DNA from: the human T2T-CHM13v2.0 reference genome, Homo sapiens
DNA: 64,000 nucleotides
Strand: one strand, 5' to 3'
Assembly (NCBI RefSeq): GCF_009914755.1
Contig: NC_060939.1
Shown piece after piece: positions 1 to 17,602 of this stretch; within the stretch, counting starts at the first letter, position 1; each line of letters starts with the position of its first letter. The translations under genes and the position numbers were made by a program. Below the pieces are notes generated by a model, which was given only the letters and a program-made list of their open reading frames with translations, did no database searches and was not told where the DNA came from.

Positions 1-1054
<1,054 letters not shown>

Positions 1055-1093
1055 TCATTAGTTGATGCAGTTTCTTCCTAGTCTCGATGGTCT

Positions 1094-2110
1094 TTACATT
1101 TTGGCATGATTTTGCAGCGGCTGGTACCGGTTGTTCCTTTCCATGTTTAGCGCTTCCTTCAGGAGCTCTTTTAGGGCAGGCCTGGTGGTGACAAAATCTC
1201 TCAGCATTTGCTTATCTGTAAAGTATTTTATTTCTCCTTCACTTATGAAGCTTAGTTTGGCTGGATATGAAATTCTGGGTTGAAAATTCTTTTCTTTAAG
1301 AATGTTGAATATTGGCCCCCACTCTCTTCTGGCTTGTAGGGTTTCTGCCGAGAGATCCGCTGTTAGTCTGATGGGCTTTCCTTTGAGGGTAACCCGACCT
1401 TTCTCTCTGGCTGCCCTTAACATTTTTTCCTTCATTTCAACTTTGGTGAATCTGACAATTATGTGTCTTGGAGTTGCTCTTCTCGAGGAGTATCTTTGTG
1501 GCGTTCTCTGTATTTCCTGAATCTGAACGTTGGCCTGCCTTGCTAGATTGGGGAAGTTCTCCTGGATAATATCCTGCAGAGTGTTTTCCAACTTGGTTCC
1601 ATTCTCCCCATCACTTTCAGGTACACCAATCAGACGTAGATTTGGTCTTTTCACATAGTCCCATATTTCTTGGAGGCTTTGCTCATTTCTTTTTATTCTT
1701 TTTTCTCTAAACTTCCCTTCTCGCTTCATTTCATTCATTTCATCTTCCATTGCTGATACCCTTTCTTCCAGTTGATCGCATCAGCTCCTGAGGCTTCTGC
1801 ATTCTTCACGTAGTTCTCGAGCCTTGGTTTTCAGCTCCATCAGCTCCTTTAAGCACTTCTCTGTATTGGTTATTCTAGTTATACATTCTTCTAAATTTTT
1901 TTCAAAGTTTTCAACTTCTTTGCCTTTGGTTTGAATGTCCTCCCGTAGCTCAGAGTAATTTGATCGTCTGAAGCCTTCTTCTCTCAGCTCGTCAAAATCA
2001 TTCTCCATCCAGCTTTGTTCTGTTGCTGGTGAGGAACTGCGTTCCTTTGGAGGAGGAGAGGCGCTCTGCGTTTTAGAGTTTCCAGTTTTTCTGTTCTGTT
2101 TTTTCCCCAT
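1094..2110 (-). pseudogene. L1 ORF1p (338 codons) with premature stop at codon 110
   Basis: ORFs 1781..2110 and 1094..1750 are in frame. TGA at 1781-1783 replaces the consensus CGA (Arg) in ...CRSLRS(R)CDQLEE. Confidence 0.95.
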
Positions 2111-3015
2111 CTTTGTGGTTTTATCTACTTTTGGTCTTTGATGATGGTGATGTACAGATGGGTTTTCGGTGTAGATGTCCTTTCTGGTTGTTAGTTTTCC
2201 TTCTAACAGACAGGACCCTCAGCTGCAGGTCTGTTGGAATACCCTGCTGTGTGAGGTGTCAGTGTGCCCCTGCTGGGTGGTGCCTCCCAGTTAGGCTGCT
2301 CGGGGGTCAGGGGTCAGGGACCCACTTGAGGAGGCAGTCTGCCCGTTCTCAGATCTCCAGCTGCTTGCTGGGAGAACCACTGCTCTCTTCAAAGCTGTCA
2401 GACAGGGACACTTAAGTCTGCAGAGGTTACTGCTGTCTTTTTGTTTGTCTGTGCCCTGCCCCCAGAGGTGGAGCCTACAGAGGCAGGCAGGCCTCCTTGA
2501 GCTGTGGTGGGCTCCACCCAGTTCGAGCTTCCCGGCTGCTTTGTTTACCTAAGCAAGCCTGGGCAATGGCGGGCGCCCCTCCCCCAGCCTCGTTGCCGCC
2601 TTGCAGTTTGATCTCAGACTGCTGTGCTAGCAATCAGCGCGATTCCGTGGGCGTAGGACCCTCTGAGCCAGGTGTGGGATATAGTCTCGTGGTGCGCCGT
2701 TTCTTAAGCCGGTCTGAAAAGCGCAATATTCGGGTGGGAGTGACCCGATTTTCCAGGTGCGTCCGTCACCCCTTTCTTTGACTCGGAAAGGGAACTCCCT
2801 GACCCCTTGCGCTTCCCAGGTGAGGCAATGCCTCGCCCTGCTTCGGCTCGCGCACGGTGCGCACACACACTGGCCTGCGCCCACTGTCTGGCACTCCCTA
2901 GTGAGATGAACCCGGTACCTCAGATGGAAATGCAGAAATCACCCGTCTTCTGCGTCGCTCACGCTGGGAGCTGTAGACCGGAGCTGTTCCTATTCGGCCA
3001 TCTTGGCTCCTCCCC
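2111..3015 (-). promoter_or_regulatory. L1 5' UTR CpG island: internal sense promoter with YY1 site, plus antisense promoter
   Basis: YY1 motif CAAGATGGCCG at 2995-3005 (minus); CpG-dense; contains ORF0. Confidence 0.85.
2566..2781 (+). CDS. L1 ORF0 (71 aa antisense ORF), intact
   Basis: ATG at 2566, MAGAPPPASLPPCSLISDCCASNQRDSVGVGPSEPGVGYSLVVRRFLSRSEKRNIRVGVTRFSRCVRHPFL* = 71 aa. Internal donors CAG|GTGTGG (after 2671) and CAG|GTGCGT (after 2756). Confidence 0.88.
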   Translation: MAGAPPPASLPPCSLISDCCASNQRDSVGVGPSEPGVGYSLVVRRFLSRSEKRNIRVGVTRFSRCVRHPFL

Positions 3016-5502
3016 AAGAATAATTATTTTTTACATAGGCTTTTAAATTGGCTTTGATGGAACCTTGTTCCATGGTAGGAATCTCAGACAAGACTTTTTT
3101 TTAAAGCCCAGCGCAGCCATAGATTTGTACCATGAAGTACTTATAAGTTGGGTGAACTCCTCTCCTCTTCAAGTTTCTTGATAAACTTGGAGCCCCTGGG
3201 CCTGTCAAATAGTGACATTTTTTACTTACCACAGTCAGGAACCCTGTACAGGGACTGTGTAGATAAAGATATGAGGCCAGTTTTTCCAAGGGACCTTCAT
3301 TGGAATTGTAAGTCAAGTTTGATTCCTTCAAGGAAAGCACACCATTCCAGTCACAGCCTTGGTAATAACCACTTTCTCCAATTGTGTCCTGTTACAAATG
3401 AAAACCGATTGTTATTGCACTTATGTGAATAATGGTATTGTCTTAAGAATACTCACACATGGTTTTCAAATATTGTAGAAATCAGGTAGAGAGAAACAAA
3501 TATGCTCCAAATTTTGTTTATAGGGGTATACTTTAATTACTAAAAGCTGTAAATAGCTTAGAAGAAAAGTTTTCTTGACTCAGAAAAACAAAGGATCAAC
3601 AACGTTTTAAGCAAAAAGTTAAAAAGATTACTACTTTTAGACTTGTATTAGTTTAGTTCATGCAGTTAATTCCTGTACTGCTTGATATTCATGAACATTT
3701 CAGCTCTCCATGAGTCCTGAAAGTTTTTGCCTCTATTCTGATGTCACAATCTCCAAAGTTATCAGAAACCTGCATTTCAGAGTACCTGTTAGAATTTTAT
3801 AGCTGATTATAAAACCACCTCCCAAAGAGGACTAAAACAAGATGACAGTTGTCCATGGATGACAAAAAGATTTAGGGCAGCCATAGTCAAACACACAATT
3901 GACAAGAAAATTTGTTACCTCTATGGCACACAATAATTTAACATAATTATTACTGATAATGTATACTGTATTATATCAGAATTATAGGAGTTTCCCGTAA
4001 TTTTGGAACACATACCAATAACATAACTATACAAATACAGCTCAAAGAAAACCAAACACCATTTCATATTTGACAATGTTTCCTGTACAATTTTATACCA
4101 AATAAGCCAAACTATGTCATTTTAGGACTTTTGGGAACCTAATATCTTAAAGGATTAATTAGGCCAGAAAAAGACATAATTTATAATTTGATCTTGGAAA
4201 GTTTTCAACTATCAAAGGTTTAAAACTCTTGTTATCACAAAATAGGATCATTCATTTAACCAAAGTAATAACTCAAGGGTTTTTTTTAAAAGGCAAAAAC
4301 CTTCATTTTTTTTGGAGGAGACTTAATTTTCCAAACAATAAGCCCTAATAAAAACAGCATGCAGCCAATTAAATTTGTTTTTCAAAATTTTATAAACTAC
4401 CTATAAAATTTTAATCTTGACCATAAGAAACAACTTCCATAAGCCTTTTATAACATTTATATCCTTTATTAAGAAGTTGGTTAATGCTTCAAGAAAACCT
4501 TGTTAATCTGACACAGGGGCCCATACACTGGTCTTGCATCAGAGTGCCTTTGACATTAATGATTTCTATATAATAGAGAAACTGAAGTTATCTTTCAAAA
4601 TTGGCCCTTACAATCTTCTGTGCCCACTTCTTCCATGATGCCCCTGGGCCTTGAGTTGAATAGCTTTAATTTCTGGCCCTGTGTCTTAGGAATGCTGTTT
4701 ATTTTGATTGACGTCACCATAGGAATGCAGTTTGTTTTGATTGACATCCTCTGTGGGGCCTGAAGGTGAGGATTTAATTGCTGTCAGTGTTTAAGATTTG
4801 GCAGGACTTGATGTCCTTTTTAGACCCAGGGGTCAAAGCCCTGTAACTCACTGTAACAAGGACTTTAAAAGCATGTACAGAAAGATACACAGATGTAATA
4901 ACCTCAACTAAATTTTTTTTACATCAGGCCCAATCTCTAGAATGACCATTATACTTTTTTTTAATGAAAAACAACTTGATCTTATAAGTTTTTGGTTTTT
5001 TTAAATAAATCCTCTTATTGTGATTTACATAGACCATTCATGACATGGTTAGACTTTCTGGTTTGTCCTGAACAATCTTCTTTCTTAACCAGTCATTTTA
5101 TTCTGGGACTAAATTTACCATACAATATTTTGTTCTTACATAAAATTATCGATCTTTAAGCTTTCTTACCCACCAAAACTCTTTACTTTTATAATTTTCT
5201 TTACATCTTTCATATTTCCTGGTTCCTTTTAACTTGTTTCATATATAACCTTTAAATCAGCTTTGAATTAGACAAAAATTATTTGCCTTTTTAAAAGGAC
5301 ACTTTTTTTAGTAAGAATGTTTTTCTACAATATATTTGTGTAGGAAAATACTCAAATAATGAAATATCTGTTATTTAATATAACCTTAGATTCTAAACTA
5401 TAACAAGTTTATCTACAAGTATTTATCCCATACATTTACCTAATTATTTTAATCATTTACTTAGATTAAATGATGACTATGCAGTTTTTATAAATAAAGC
5501 TA

Positions 5503-5740
5503 TGAAACTGTCATTGCAAAATTATAACTGAGACAGTGAAAAAGATCTGCCCTAAATGACTGTCTTGCTTCTAACCTCAAGCTGTCATTGTTCATTCCTG
5601 GACATAGGCCAAACTAACTTTGAGAAGGGCTTAGTTTATAGTTTAGCTTGATACAAAAAGGATAACAGTCCTTTCCCAAGGCAAACCACCTTACTGCCTG
5701 TGTACTCGACTGCCTAAGGCCACAGGATTAGAAGTTAAGA
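5503..5740 (+). mobile_element. LTR8-like fragment within the MER4 internal region
   Basis: TGAAACTGTCATTGCAAAATTATAACTGAGACAGTGAAAAAGATC...CTTAGTTTATAGTTT resembles the LTR8 5' end (from memory). Confidence 0.55.
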
Positions 5741-6466
5741 TAATTTTACTAAATTCAAGATGTAGCTATTTTCATTAAACCAATATTAATGTCTTATTAA
5801 AAATTACACAAGCAAAGATCATTCTGTTTGGGGCTGTTGATAGTTTTGTAACCCTTATGCCAAATGTTGATACCTTATAATATTTGGCAAGGATAAGTAT
5901 GAAACTGCTTGATTAATAAATGTAAACAAATACATCTGCTGGCAATTCTTAAGACATTTCCGATATTGATCAATAATTTTAAAGCTAGCTTATTAAGATT
6001 TTACTTAAGTCATGTAAATTTGAAAAAGGATTTGACCAGTTTTTCCTTTAAGATAAAGTATTTGATTTAGGCACTTTTATTTTTTAAAGCCAATTAGAGC
6101 TCTTCTATATATTTTCAGTAGTGAAACATTGTGTACACAACACTTAAATACATAGATGTATTAGGAATGCCGATAAAAGTACAATTTATAGATTCATAAA
6201 AACCTTTTTCCCTCTATCTTAGACTTTCAGATTCTTCATAACCTCTTTCACAACCCTAGGCAGTTGTCAGGTAAATAGCCTTAAATTTGCATATTAAAGG
6301 AAACAAGGTGAAAATCAAATAGCAAAATTTACATCATAAGGTACAGAGAGAAAAACTGGTGTGCTAGAGGGAGATTAAAGATGGATGTCAAATCAAACAT
6401 AAAATTATAAAAATCTATCATATGATTGTAAAAGGAGACCAATTATATTTAGACAGGGATTACCTA

Positions 6467-6850
<384 letters not shown>

Positions 6851-7319
6851 TGAATCGTGGGTTTCCAAAAAGGGAGAATCGTTATGAGGCTAGATCACAT
6901 GATGTTACAATGCACTTAAAATTTTTTAAACAAAGGCATTTCTAAGTGTCTATATTACACTCTAATTTAAAAACCCAAGTATAGCCTCTGTTGCAATAAT
7001 TACTTTAGTTAATCAGGTAACACAATACAAAAGCAGCTTAAAAGCTGAGATGAACTTGTCTATTCACAATCTTGGGGTTCCATAAAGAAAAACAGGTTCC
7101 TCCCCGAAAGGGAGTCTGGTACCTTCTCCATTTTCTTTAAGGAACCCCAGGCTATTATAAATTATTTTAGTTCCCTCATGCAGCAGAGGGTGCAAGAGAA
7201 AGAAGAGACAGCAGAAGTATATGGAGAAAACAGAATTCAGTCAACTAGAAGAAAAAAACTTTTGCTCAAAACAAGGACAAGGCCCTAGGAGAGAATAAAA
7301 AAACATGAAGGCCTTTTAA

Positions 7320-7321
<2 letters not shown>

Positions 7322-7367
<46 letters not shown>
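7322..7367. repeat. (AC)23 microsatellite
   Basis: Perfect dinucleotide run. Confidence 0.97.
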
Positions 7368-7371
<4 letters not shown>

Positions 7372-8003
7372 CCTGGATGTGTTAGCTTTTAATTAAGCTG
7401 ACTTTGTCCATTGAGCTCCTTTTAAAAAAAAAAAGTCTTTTTAATCTCATTACCATATTTCAGCTAGGACAAATTGCTGCTATTTCAGAAGTACCAAGTA
7501 TCAAACCAGAAAGGGCTTGATTTAGGAAAAAAACCCAAGCAACCATGGTGGAAAAAAGACAGAACCTTAGCTATTGAACTTTAGCCAAGACAAAACCCCA
7601 ATTCAGCTACTTGCCTAGGGATGGGTCTCAGGCTGAAGACTGCTCTCTACCATCCTAGAAGCAGGAAAAAAATTCATCTTCCCTGCTGGAACTGAGCTCA
7701 AACTCCATAAAGGAGTTACCTGCCTTCCATCATCATGGAAGCAGGAAAACTTGCCTTCCTTTTTGGAAGTAAAATTCTTTTTTTTAAAAGTAAAATTTTT
7801 TAAAAGTAAAATTAAAAAAAAAAAGGAGTTGTACAGCAAAATAAACCTTAGATCTCAACCAGATTTGGGGAAATCAGGGATTCTCTGGAGGTGGTGCTCC
7901 CAGACCTCAGCAAATTATCCTATTGGTTTGAGCCATAAAGTTAGCTCATGCTGGTACCAGGTACCGATAGATTTGTCAAAGGCCAGGGACACCTCCACTC
8001 AGA

Positions 8004-8021
8004 ATCCCTCTGTGGTTACCA
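8004..8021 (-). other. Retroviral primer-binding site, tRNA-Arg(TCG) type
   Basis: Plus strand ATCCCTCTGTGGTTACCA, 3 nt from the LTR end, matches the recalled tRNA-Arg-TCG 3' end ATCCCTCCGTGGTTACCA with one CpG transition. Confidence 0.7.
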
Positions 8022-8024
8022 AAA

Positions 8025-8761
<737 letters not shown>

Positions 8762-8798
8762 TTTCCAGGTATCTTTACAGCGGCATCTCACTCTATCA

Positions 8799-9270
8799 TG
8801 TGAAAGAAAAATAAATCTTCAGTCCCCCAAGTCACTAAGCTAAAGAAAAAAGTCAAGCTGGAACTGCTTAGGGCAAACCTGCCTTCCATTCTATTCAGTC
8901 ACCCCTCTGCTCAGTGAGATAGATGCATATCTGTTTGCCTCCTTTGGAGAGGCTAATCAGAAACTCAAAAGAATGCAACCTTTTGTCTCTTACCTACCTG
9001 TGACCTGGAAGCCCCCTCCTTGCTTCGAGTGGTCCCGCTTTTGCTTCAGTTGTCCTGCCTTTCTGGACTGAACCAGTGTTTATCTTACATTTGTTGGTTG
9101 ATGTCTCATGATGTCTCATGTCTTCCTAAAATGTATGAAGCCAAGCTGTGCTCTGACCACCTTGGGCATGTATCGTCCGGAGCTCCTGAAGTGGTCATGG
9201 GTGCCTGTCCTCCACTTTGGCAAAATAAACTTTCTAAATTAACAGACCTATCTGATTTTTGGGGTTCAAA
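8799..9270 (+). mobile_element. MER4A1-type solo LTR
   Basis: Starts TGTGAAAGAAAAATAAATCTT...CACTAAGCTAAAG; has AATAAA near its 3' end; inserted in a MaLR internal fragment. Confidence 0.85.
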
Positions 9271-9285
9271 ACTGGCACCAACTTA

Positions 9286-9649
9286 CTCTCTTAGTCCATT
9301 CTCATGCTGCTAGTAGACATATTTGAGACTGGGTAATTTATAAAGAAAAAGAGGTTGAATGGACTCAAAGTTCTGCATGGCTGGGGAGGCCTCACAATCA
9401 TGGTGAAATGCGGAGGCAGACCAAATGCACATCTTACATGGCAGCAAGAAAGAGAGCATGTGCAGGGGAACTCCACTTTATAAAACCATAAGATCTCGTC
9501 AGATTTATTCACTATCATGAGAACAGTATGGGTAAGACCAAGCCCCATGATTCAGTTACCTCCTACCAGGTCCCTCCCATGACCCATGGGAATTGTGGGA
9601 GCTAGAATTCAAAGTGACATTTGGGTGGGGACACAGCCAAACTACATTA
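9286..9649 (-). mobile_element. MaLR (THE1/MST) LTR; adjacent internal pieces at 8406-8454, 8775-8798, 9271-9285
   Basis: TTAGTCCATTCTCATGCTGC...GACTGGGTAATTTATAAAG...GGGACACAGCCAAAC is the THE1/MST reverse strand. Confidence 0.8.
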
Positions 9650-9935
9650 ATACCTAACTCTTCAATGCCTAGACACCAACAAACATCCACAAACATCAAG
9701 ACTATCCAGGAACACATGACCTTGCCAAATAAGCTAAGGCACCAGAGACCAATCCTCGAGAAACCAATATGTGACCTTTCAAACGAATAATTCAGAATAG
9801 CTGTGTTGAGGAAACTTGGCAGAATTTAACACAGAAGAAATTCAGAATTCTATCATGTATAACAGATTGAAATAATTAAAAAGCAGAAATTCTGGAGTTG
9901 AAAATGTAATTGACGTACTGAAGAATGTATCAGTG

Positions 9936-10254
<319 letters not shown>

Positions 10255-11629
10255 TGATCCAGCAGAAGAATTAGTGAGCTTGAAGACAAGCTATTTGAAA
10301 ATACACAAAGGAGACAAAGAGTGAAAAACAATGAAGCGTGCCTACAAAATCTAGAAAATAGCTGCAAGCTGGCCAGATCTGAGTTGTTGGCCTTAAAGAG
10401 GAGGTAGAGAGATTATGGTAGAAAGCTTATTCAAAGGGATAATAAGTGACTTCCCAAACCTAGAGAAATATACCAATACTCAAGCAGATTTATAGAAGAT
10501 TATAGAACATTAAGTTTTAACGCAAAGAAGACTACCTCAGGGCATTTAATCAAACTCCCGAAGGTCAAGGATAAAGACAGGATCCCAAAAGCATCAAGAG
10601 AAAAAAAACAACATGCAATGGAGCTCCACTATATCTGACTTCTCAGTGGAAACCTTACAGGCCAGGAGAGAGTGGCATGACATATTTAAAGTGCCAAAGG
10701 AAAATCTTTTACTCTAGTATATCTGGTGAAACTGTCCTCCAAACATGGAGAAATAAAGACTTTCCCAGATAAAAGCCAGAGGATTTCATCAAAACCAGGT
10801 ATGTCCTACAAGAAATGCTAAAGGGAGTACTTCAATTAGAAGAGGATGTTAATGAGCAATAAGAAATCATCCAAAGGTAAAAAAAAAATGCAGTGTTAAT
10901 AAGTACACAGAAAAACAGACTATTATAATACTATAATTATGGTATATAAAGTATTTGTATCCTGAATAGAAATATGAAAAGATAAACCAATAAAAAATAA
11001 CGTCAACTTTTCAAGACATAGATAGTATAATAAGATATAAGTAGAAACAAAAAGTTGAAAAGAGTGGGGACAAAGTTAAGGTATACAGTTTTCTTTTTGC
11101 TTCTTTTGATTTTGATTGAGTTTGATTATGCAATCAGGGTTATATTATTACCAGTTTAAAAAATGGGTTATATAAAATATTATTTGCAAGCCTCATGATA
11201 ACCTCAAATCAAAAAACATACAACAGATACACAAAAAATAAAAAGCAAGAAATTAAAACATCCCATCAGAGAAAATCACCTTCACTAAAAGGATGACAGG
11301 AAAGAAGGAAAATAACCAGAAACCAAATAACAAAATGGCAGGAGTAAGTCCTTATCAATAATAACATTGCATATAAATGGACTAAACTCTCCAATCAAAA
11401 GATATAGGCCAAATAGATTTAAAAAAAAAAAAGACCCAATGACCTGTTGCCTATAAGAAAAACACTTCACCTATAAAGACACACACAGGCTGAAAATTGA
11501 GGAATGGAAAAAGACATTCCATGCCAATGGAAACCACAAAAGAGCAGGAGTAGCTATACTTAGACAAAATAGTTTTCAAGACAAAAACTATAAAAAGAGA
11601 CAAGCTCACTCTATAATTATAAAGGGGTT

Positions 11630-12423
<794 letters not shown>

Positions 12424-12487
12424 TTACAGAACATTTCATTTAACAGCTACAGAATATACATTTTTCTCCTCAGCATATGAATCATTC

Positions 12488-13771
12488 TATGAACTTTCCT
12501 GTTGGAACTGCTTTTCCTGCTTTGCATAAATTTTAGTATGTTGTGTTTTCATTTCTGTTTGCCTCAAGATATTTTAACATTTTCCTTTTAATATCTTCTT
12601 TGGCCCATGGATTGTTTAGGAGTATGTTGTTTAATTTTATTGTATTTGTAAAGCTTCTGAAATTCCTTCTATTACTGATTTTCAGTTTCATACCATTGGG
12701 GTTAGAAAAGATATTTATTATAATTTTAATTTTAAACTTGTGAAGACTTGTTTTGTGGCCTAACCCATGACCTATCCTGGAGAATGTTCTGTGTGCACTT
12801 CAATGTGTATTCTGCTATTAAATGGAATGTTCTCTTTAAGTCTGTTAAGGCCATTTGGTCTAAAGCATAATTTAAGTCTAATGTTTTCTTACTGGTTTTC
12901 TGTCTGGATGGTCTGTTTATTGCTGAAAGTGGAGTACTGAAATCTCCTACTATATTGTATTGCAGTGTATCTCTTCAAATCTATCAACATTTGCTTTATG
13001 TGTTCAGGTGCTCTGATGTTGGATGCGTATGTATTTACATTTGTGATATCCTCTTGATGAACTGACCCCTTTATCATATAATCTTCTTTGTCTCTTATTG
13101 CAGTTTTAACAGAAAGCCTAATTATCTAAGTATACTTATCTTTTTGGGTCTCCAGTGGCCTGGAATATATTTTTCCATCCCTTCACTTTCAGTTGATATG
13201 TGTCTTCAAAGGTGAAGTTAGTCTCTTGTAGGCAGCACATAGTTGAGTCTTTTTTAAAAGAATCCATTCAGCCACTTGATCTTTTGATTAATCCATTTAT
13301 ATTCAATGTAATTATTGATAAAGACTACTGCCAATTTGCTGATTATTTTCTGGTTGCTTTGTAGGTTTTTTGTCTGTATCTTTTTCTTCTCTTGCTGTCT
13401 TCCTTGTAATTAGATGATTTTCTGTAGTGGTATACTTTGATTTCTTTTTATCTTTTATGTACCTATTATGTTTTTTCTTTTTATCTTTTATGTATCTACT
13501 ATGTTTTTGCTTTATAGTTACCAAGAAGCATGCATAAAGCATCATATAACAGCTACTTTAAGCTGATACTTTGATTGCATACAAAAACTCCACACTTTAC
13601 TCTCCCTCCTCACATTTTATGTTTTGGGTGTCACAACTTATATCTTTTTATATTGTGTATTCCTGAACAAATAATTGTAACTGTTATTAATAGTTTTGTG
13701 TTTTAACCTCTATTCTAAAGATATAAGTGATTTACACACCACTATTACCATATTAAAGTATTCTGACAGTC
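12488..13771 (-). mobile_element. Old L1 (L1M) ORF2 5' part and spacer
   Basis: ORF 12889..13077 MIKGSVHQEDITNVNTYASN is a decayed L1 endonuclease. Confidence 0.75.
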
Positions 13772-16027
13772 TTTCTTTTTTTATTATTTAAAAAATTTTT
13801 TGTGGGTACTTAGTAGATGTATATATTTATGGGGTATATGAGATGCTTTGATACAGGCATGCAATGTGAAATAAGCCCCTCATGGAGAATGAGATTATAT
13901 AATTCATCCCCTCAGGCATTTTTCCTTTGAGTTACAAACAATCCGATTACATCATTTAAGTTATTTTAAAATATACAATTACATTATTATTGACTATAGT
14001 CAGCCTGTCGTGCTATCAAATAGTAGGTCTTATTCTTTGTTTTTTGTACCCATTAATCATCCCCACTTCCCCCAAGACCACCAATACCCTTTCCAGCCTC
14101 TGGTACCCATCCTTCTACTCTCTATGTCATGAGTTCCATTGTTTTGATTTTTAGATCCCACAAATAAGTGAGAACAAGTGACGTTTGTCTTTTTGTGCCT
14201 GTCTTGTTTCACTTAACATAATCTCCAGTTTCATCCATGTTGCCGCAAATGATGAGATCTTATTCTATTTTATGGCTGAATAGTACTCTATTGTGTATAT
14301 GTACCACATTTTCTTTATTCATTCATCTTTTGATGGACATTTAGGTTGCTCCCAAATCTTAGCTACTGTAAACAGTACTGCAACAAATATAGGAGTGCAG
14401 ATATCTCTTTGATATACTGATTTCATTTCTTTTGGGTATATAGCCGGCAGTGGGATTGCTGGGTCATATGATAGCTCAATTTTTAGTTTTTTGAGGAACC
14501 TCCAAACTGTTCTGCATACTGGTTGTACTAATTTACATTCCCACCAACAGCATACAATGGTTTCCTTTTTCCACATCCTCAACAGCATTTGTTATTGCTT
14601 GTCTTTGAATATAAGCCATTTTAACTGGGATGAGATGGTATCTCATTGTAGTTTTCATGTGCATTTCTCTGATGATCCATGATGTTGAGCATCTTTTCAT
14701 ATGCCTGTTTGCCATTTGTAGGTATTCTTCTGAGAAATGTCCATTCAAATCTTTTGCTCATTTTTTGATTGGATTATTGGATTTTTTTCCTGTAGAGTTG
14801 TTTGAGCTTCTTATATATTCTGGTTATTAATCCCTTGTTGAGGGGATAGTTTACAAATATTTTCTACCATTCTGTAGGTTATCTCTTCACTTTGTTGATT
14901 ATTTCCTTTGCTGTGCAGAAGCTTTTTAACTTGATGTGATCCCTTTTGTCCATGTTTGTTTTGGTTGCCTGTGCTTGTTGGGTATTGCTCAAGAAATATT
15001 CGCCCAGACCAATGTCCTGGAGAGTTTCCCCCAATGTTTTCATGCAATAGTTTCATAGTTTGAGATCCCTAAATTTAAGTCTTTAATCCATTTTAATTTG
15101 AGTTTTGTATATGGCGAGAGATAGGGGTCTAGTATCATTCCTTTGCATATAGATTTCCAGTTTTCCCAGCACCATTTATTGAATAGACTATCTTTCTCCA
15201 ATGTATGTTCTTGCCACCTTTGTCAAAAATGAGTTCACTATAGGTGTGTGTATTTGTTTTTGGGTTCTCTGTTCTCTTCCATTGGTCTACATGTCTGTTT
15301 TTATACTAGTACCATGCTGTTTTGGTTACTACTATAACTCTGTAGTCTAATTTGAAGTTAGGTAATGTGTCCTCCAGTTTTTGCTTAAGATAGCTGTGGT
15401 ATTCTTTTTGTGGTTCCATATACATTTTAGGATTGTTTTATCTATGTCTATAAAGAATGTCATTGGTATTTTGATAGGCATTGTATTGAATCTGTAAATT
15501 GCTTTGGGTTGTATGGACATTTTAGCAAAGTTTATTCTCCCAATCCATGAACATGGAATATTTTTCCATTTTTTGGTGTCTTCTGTAATTTCATCAGTGT
15601 TTTAGAGTTTTCATTATAGAGATCTTTCACTTCTTTGGCTAATTCCTAGGTATTTGATTTTATATGTGGCCAATGTAAATGGGACTACTTTTTAATTTCT
15701 TTTTCAGATTGTTTGCTATTGGCATATGGAAATGCTACTGATTTTTGTATGTTGATTTTGTATCCTGAAACTTAATTTATCAGTTCTAATAGCTTTTTGG
15801 TGGAGTCTTGGAGATGTTTTTTCAAATACAAGATTATATCATCAGCAAATAGGGATAATTTGAATTCTTTCTTTCCAATTTGGATGCCCTTTATATATTT
15901 CTCTTGTCTGATTGCTCTAACTAGGACTTTCAGTAGTATGGTGAATAACAGGGGTGACAGTGGTCATCATTGTCAAACTCCAGATTTTAGAAGAAAAGCT
16001 TCAGTTTTTCTGTATTCAGTATGATAT

Positions 16028-16050
16028 TGTGTGTGTGTGTGTGTGTGTGT
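16028..16050. repeat. (TG)n microsatellite
   Basis: About 11 TG units inside the L1. Confidence 0.9.
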
Positions 16051-16782
16051 CTGTGGTATATGGATTTTATTATGTTTGGGGTATGTTCTTCTGCACTCAG
16101 TTTTTTTAGGGTTTTCATCATGAAAGGATGTTGAATTTTGTCAAATGCTTTTTCAGCATCAATTGAAATGATCATATGGATTTTGTCCTTCATTCTGTTC
16201 ATGTGATGTGTCACATTGATTTATTTGCATATGTTAAATTATCCTTGCATCTTCTGGGATAAATCTCGCTTGGTCATGATGAATGATCTTTTTAATGTGT
16301 CATTGAATTCAGTTTGCTAATACTTTGTTGAGGATTTTTGCATCAAAGTTTATCAGAGATTTTGACCTGTAGTTTTGCTTTTTGGCGGTGTTTTGTCTTT
16401 GTCTGGTTTTAGTATCAGGGTAATACTGGCCTCATAGAATGAGTTTGAAAGTATTGTCTCGTCCTCTATTTTCCAGAATAGTTTGAGGAGGATTGGTATT
16501 TTGGTAGAATTCAACAGTGAAGCCATTGGGTCCTAGGTTTTCTTTACTGAGAGAATTTTCATTATGGCTTTGATCTCGTTACTTGTTATTAGTCCATCCA
16601 GGTTTTAGATTTTCCTAATTTAATCTTGGTAGGTTTTATGTATCTGGAATTTGTCCATTTCTTCTAGATTTTCCAGTTGATTGGCATATACTTGTTAATA
16701 ATAGTCACTAATTATCTTTTGGCTTTCTGTAGTAGCAGTTGTGATATCCTTTTTTTTTTTAATTTCTGATTTTATTTGAATC

Positions 16783-17098
<316 letters not shown>

Positions 17099-17185
17099 CC
17101 TCTCTTTTTTTCTTAGTCTGACTAAAGTTTTGTTAATTTTGTTTAACTTTTCAAAAAATGAACTTTTTGTTTCATTGATCTTTTA

Positions 17186-17602
<417 letters not shown>

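Noticed and set aside
3016-3032. Candidate L1HS TSD (AAAAAATAATTATTCTT on minus)
   Set aside because: The 3' copy lies outside the window, so it cannot be confirmed.
13441-13506. 33-bp tandem duplication, plus small duplications near 4690-4745, 31358-31395 and 42470-42493
   Set aside because: Ordinary slippage events in repeats or introns with no sign of function.
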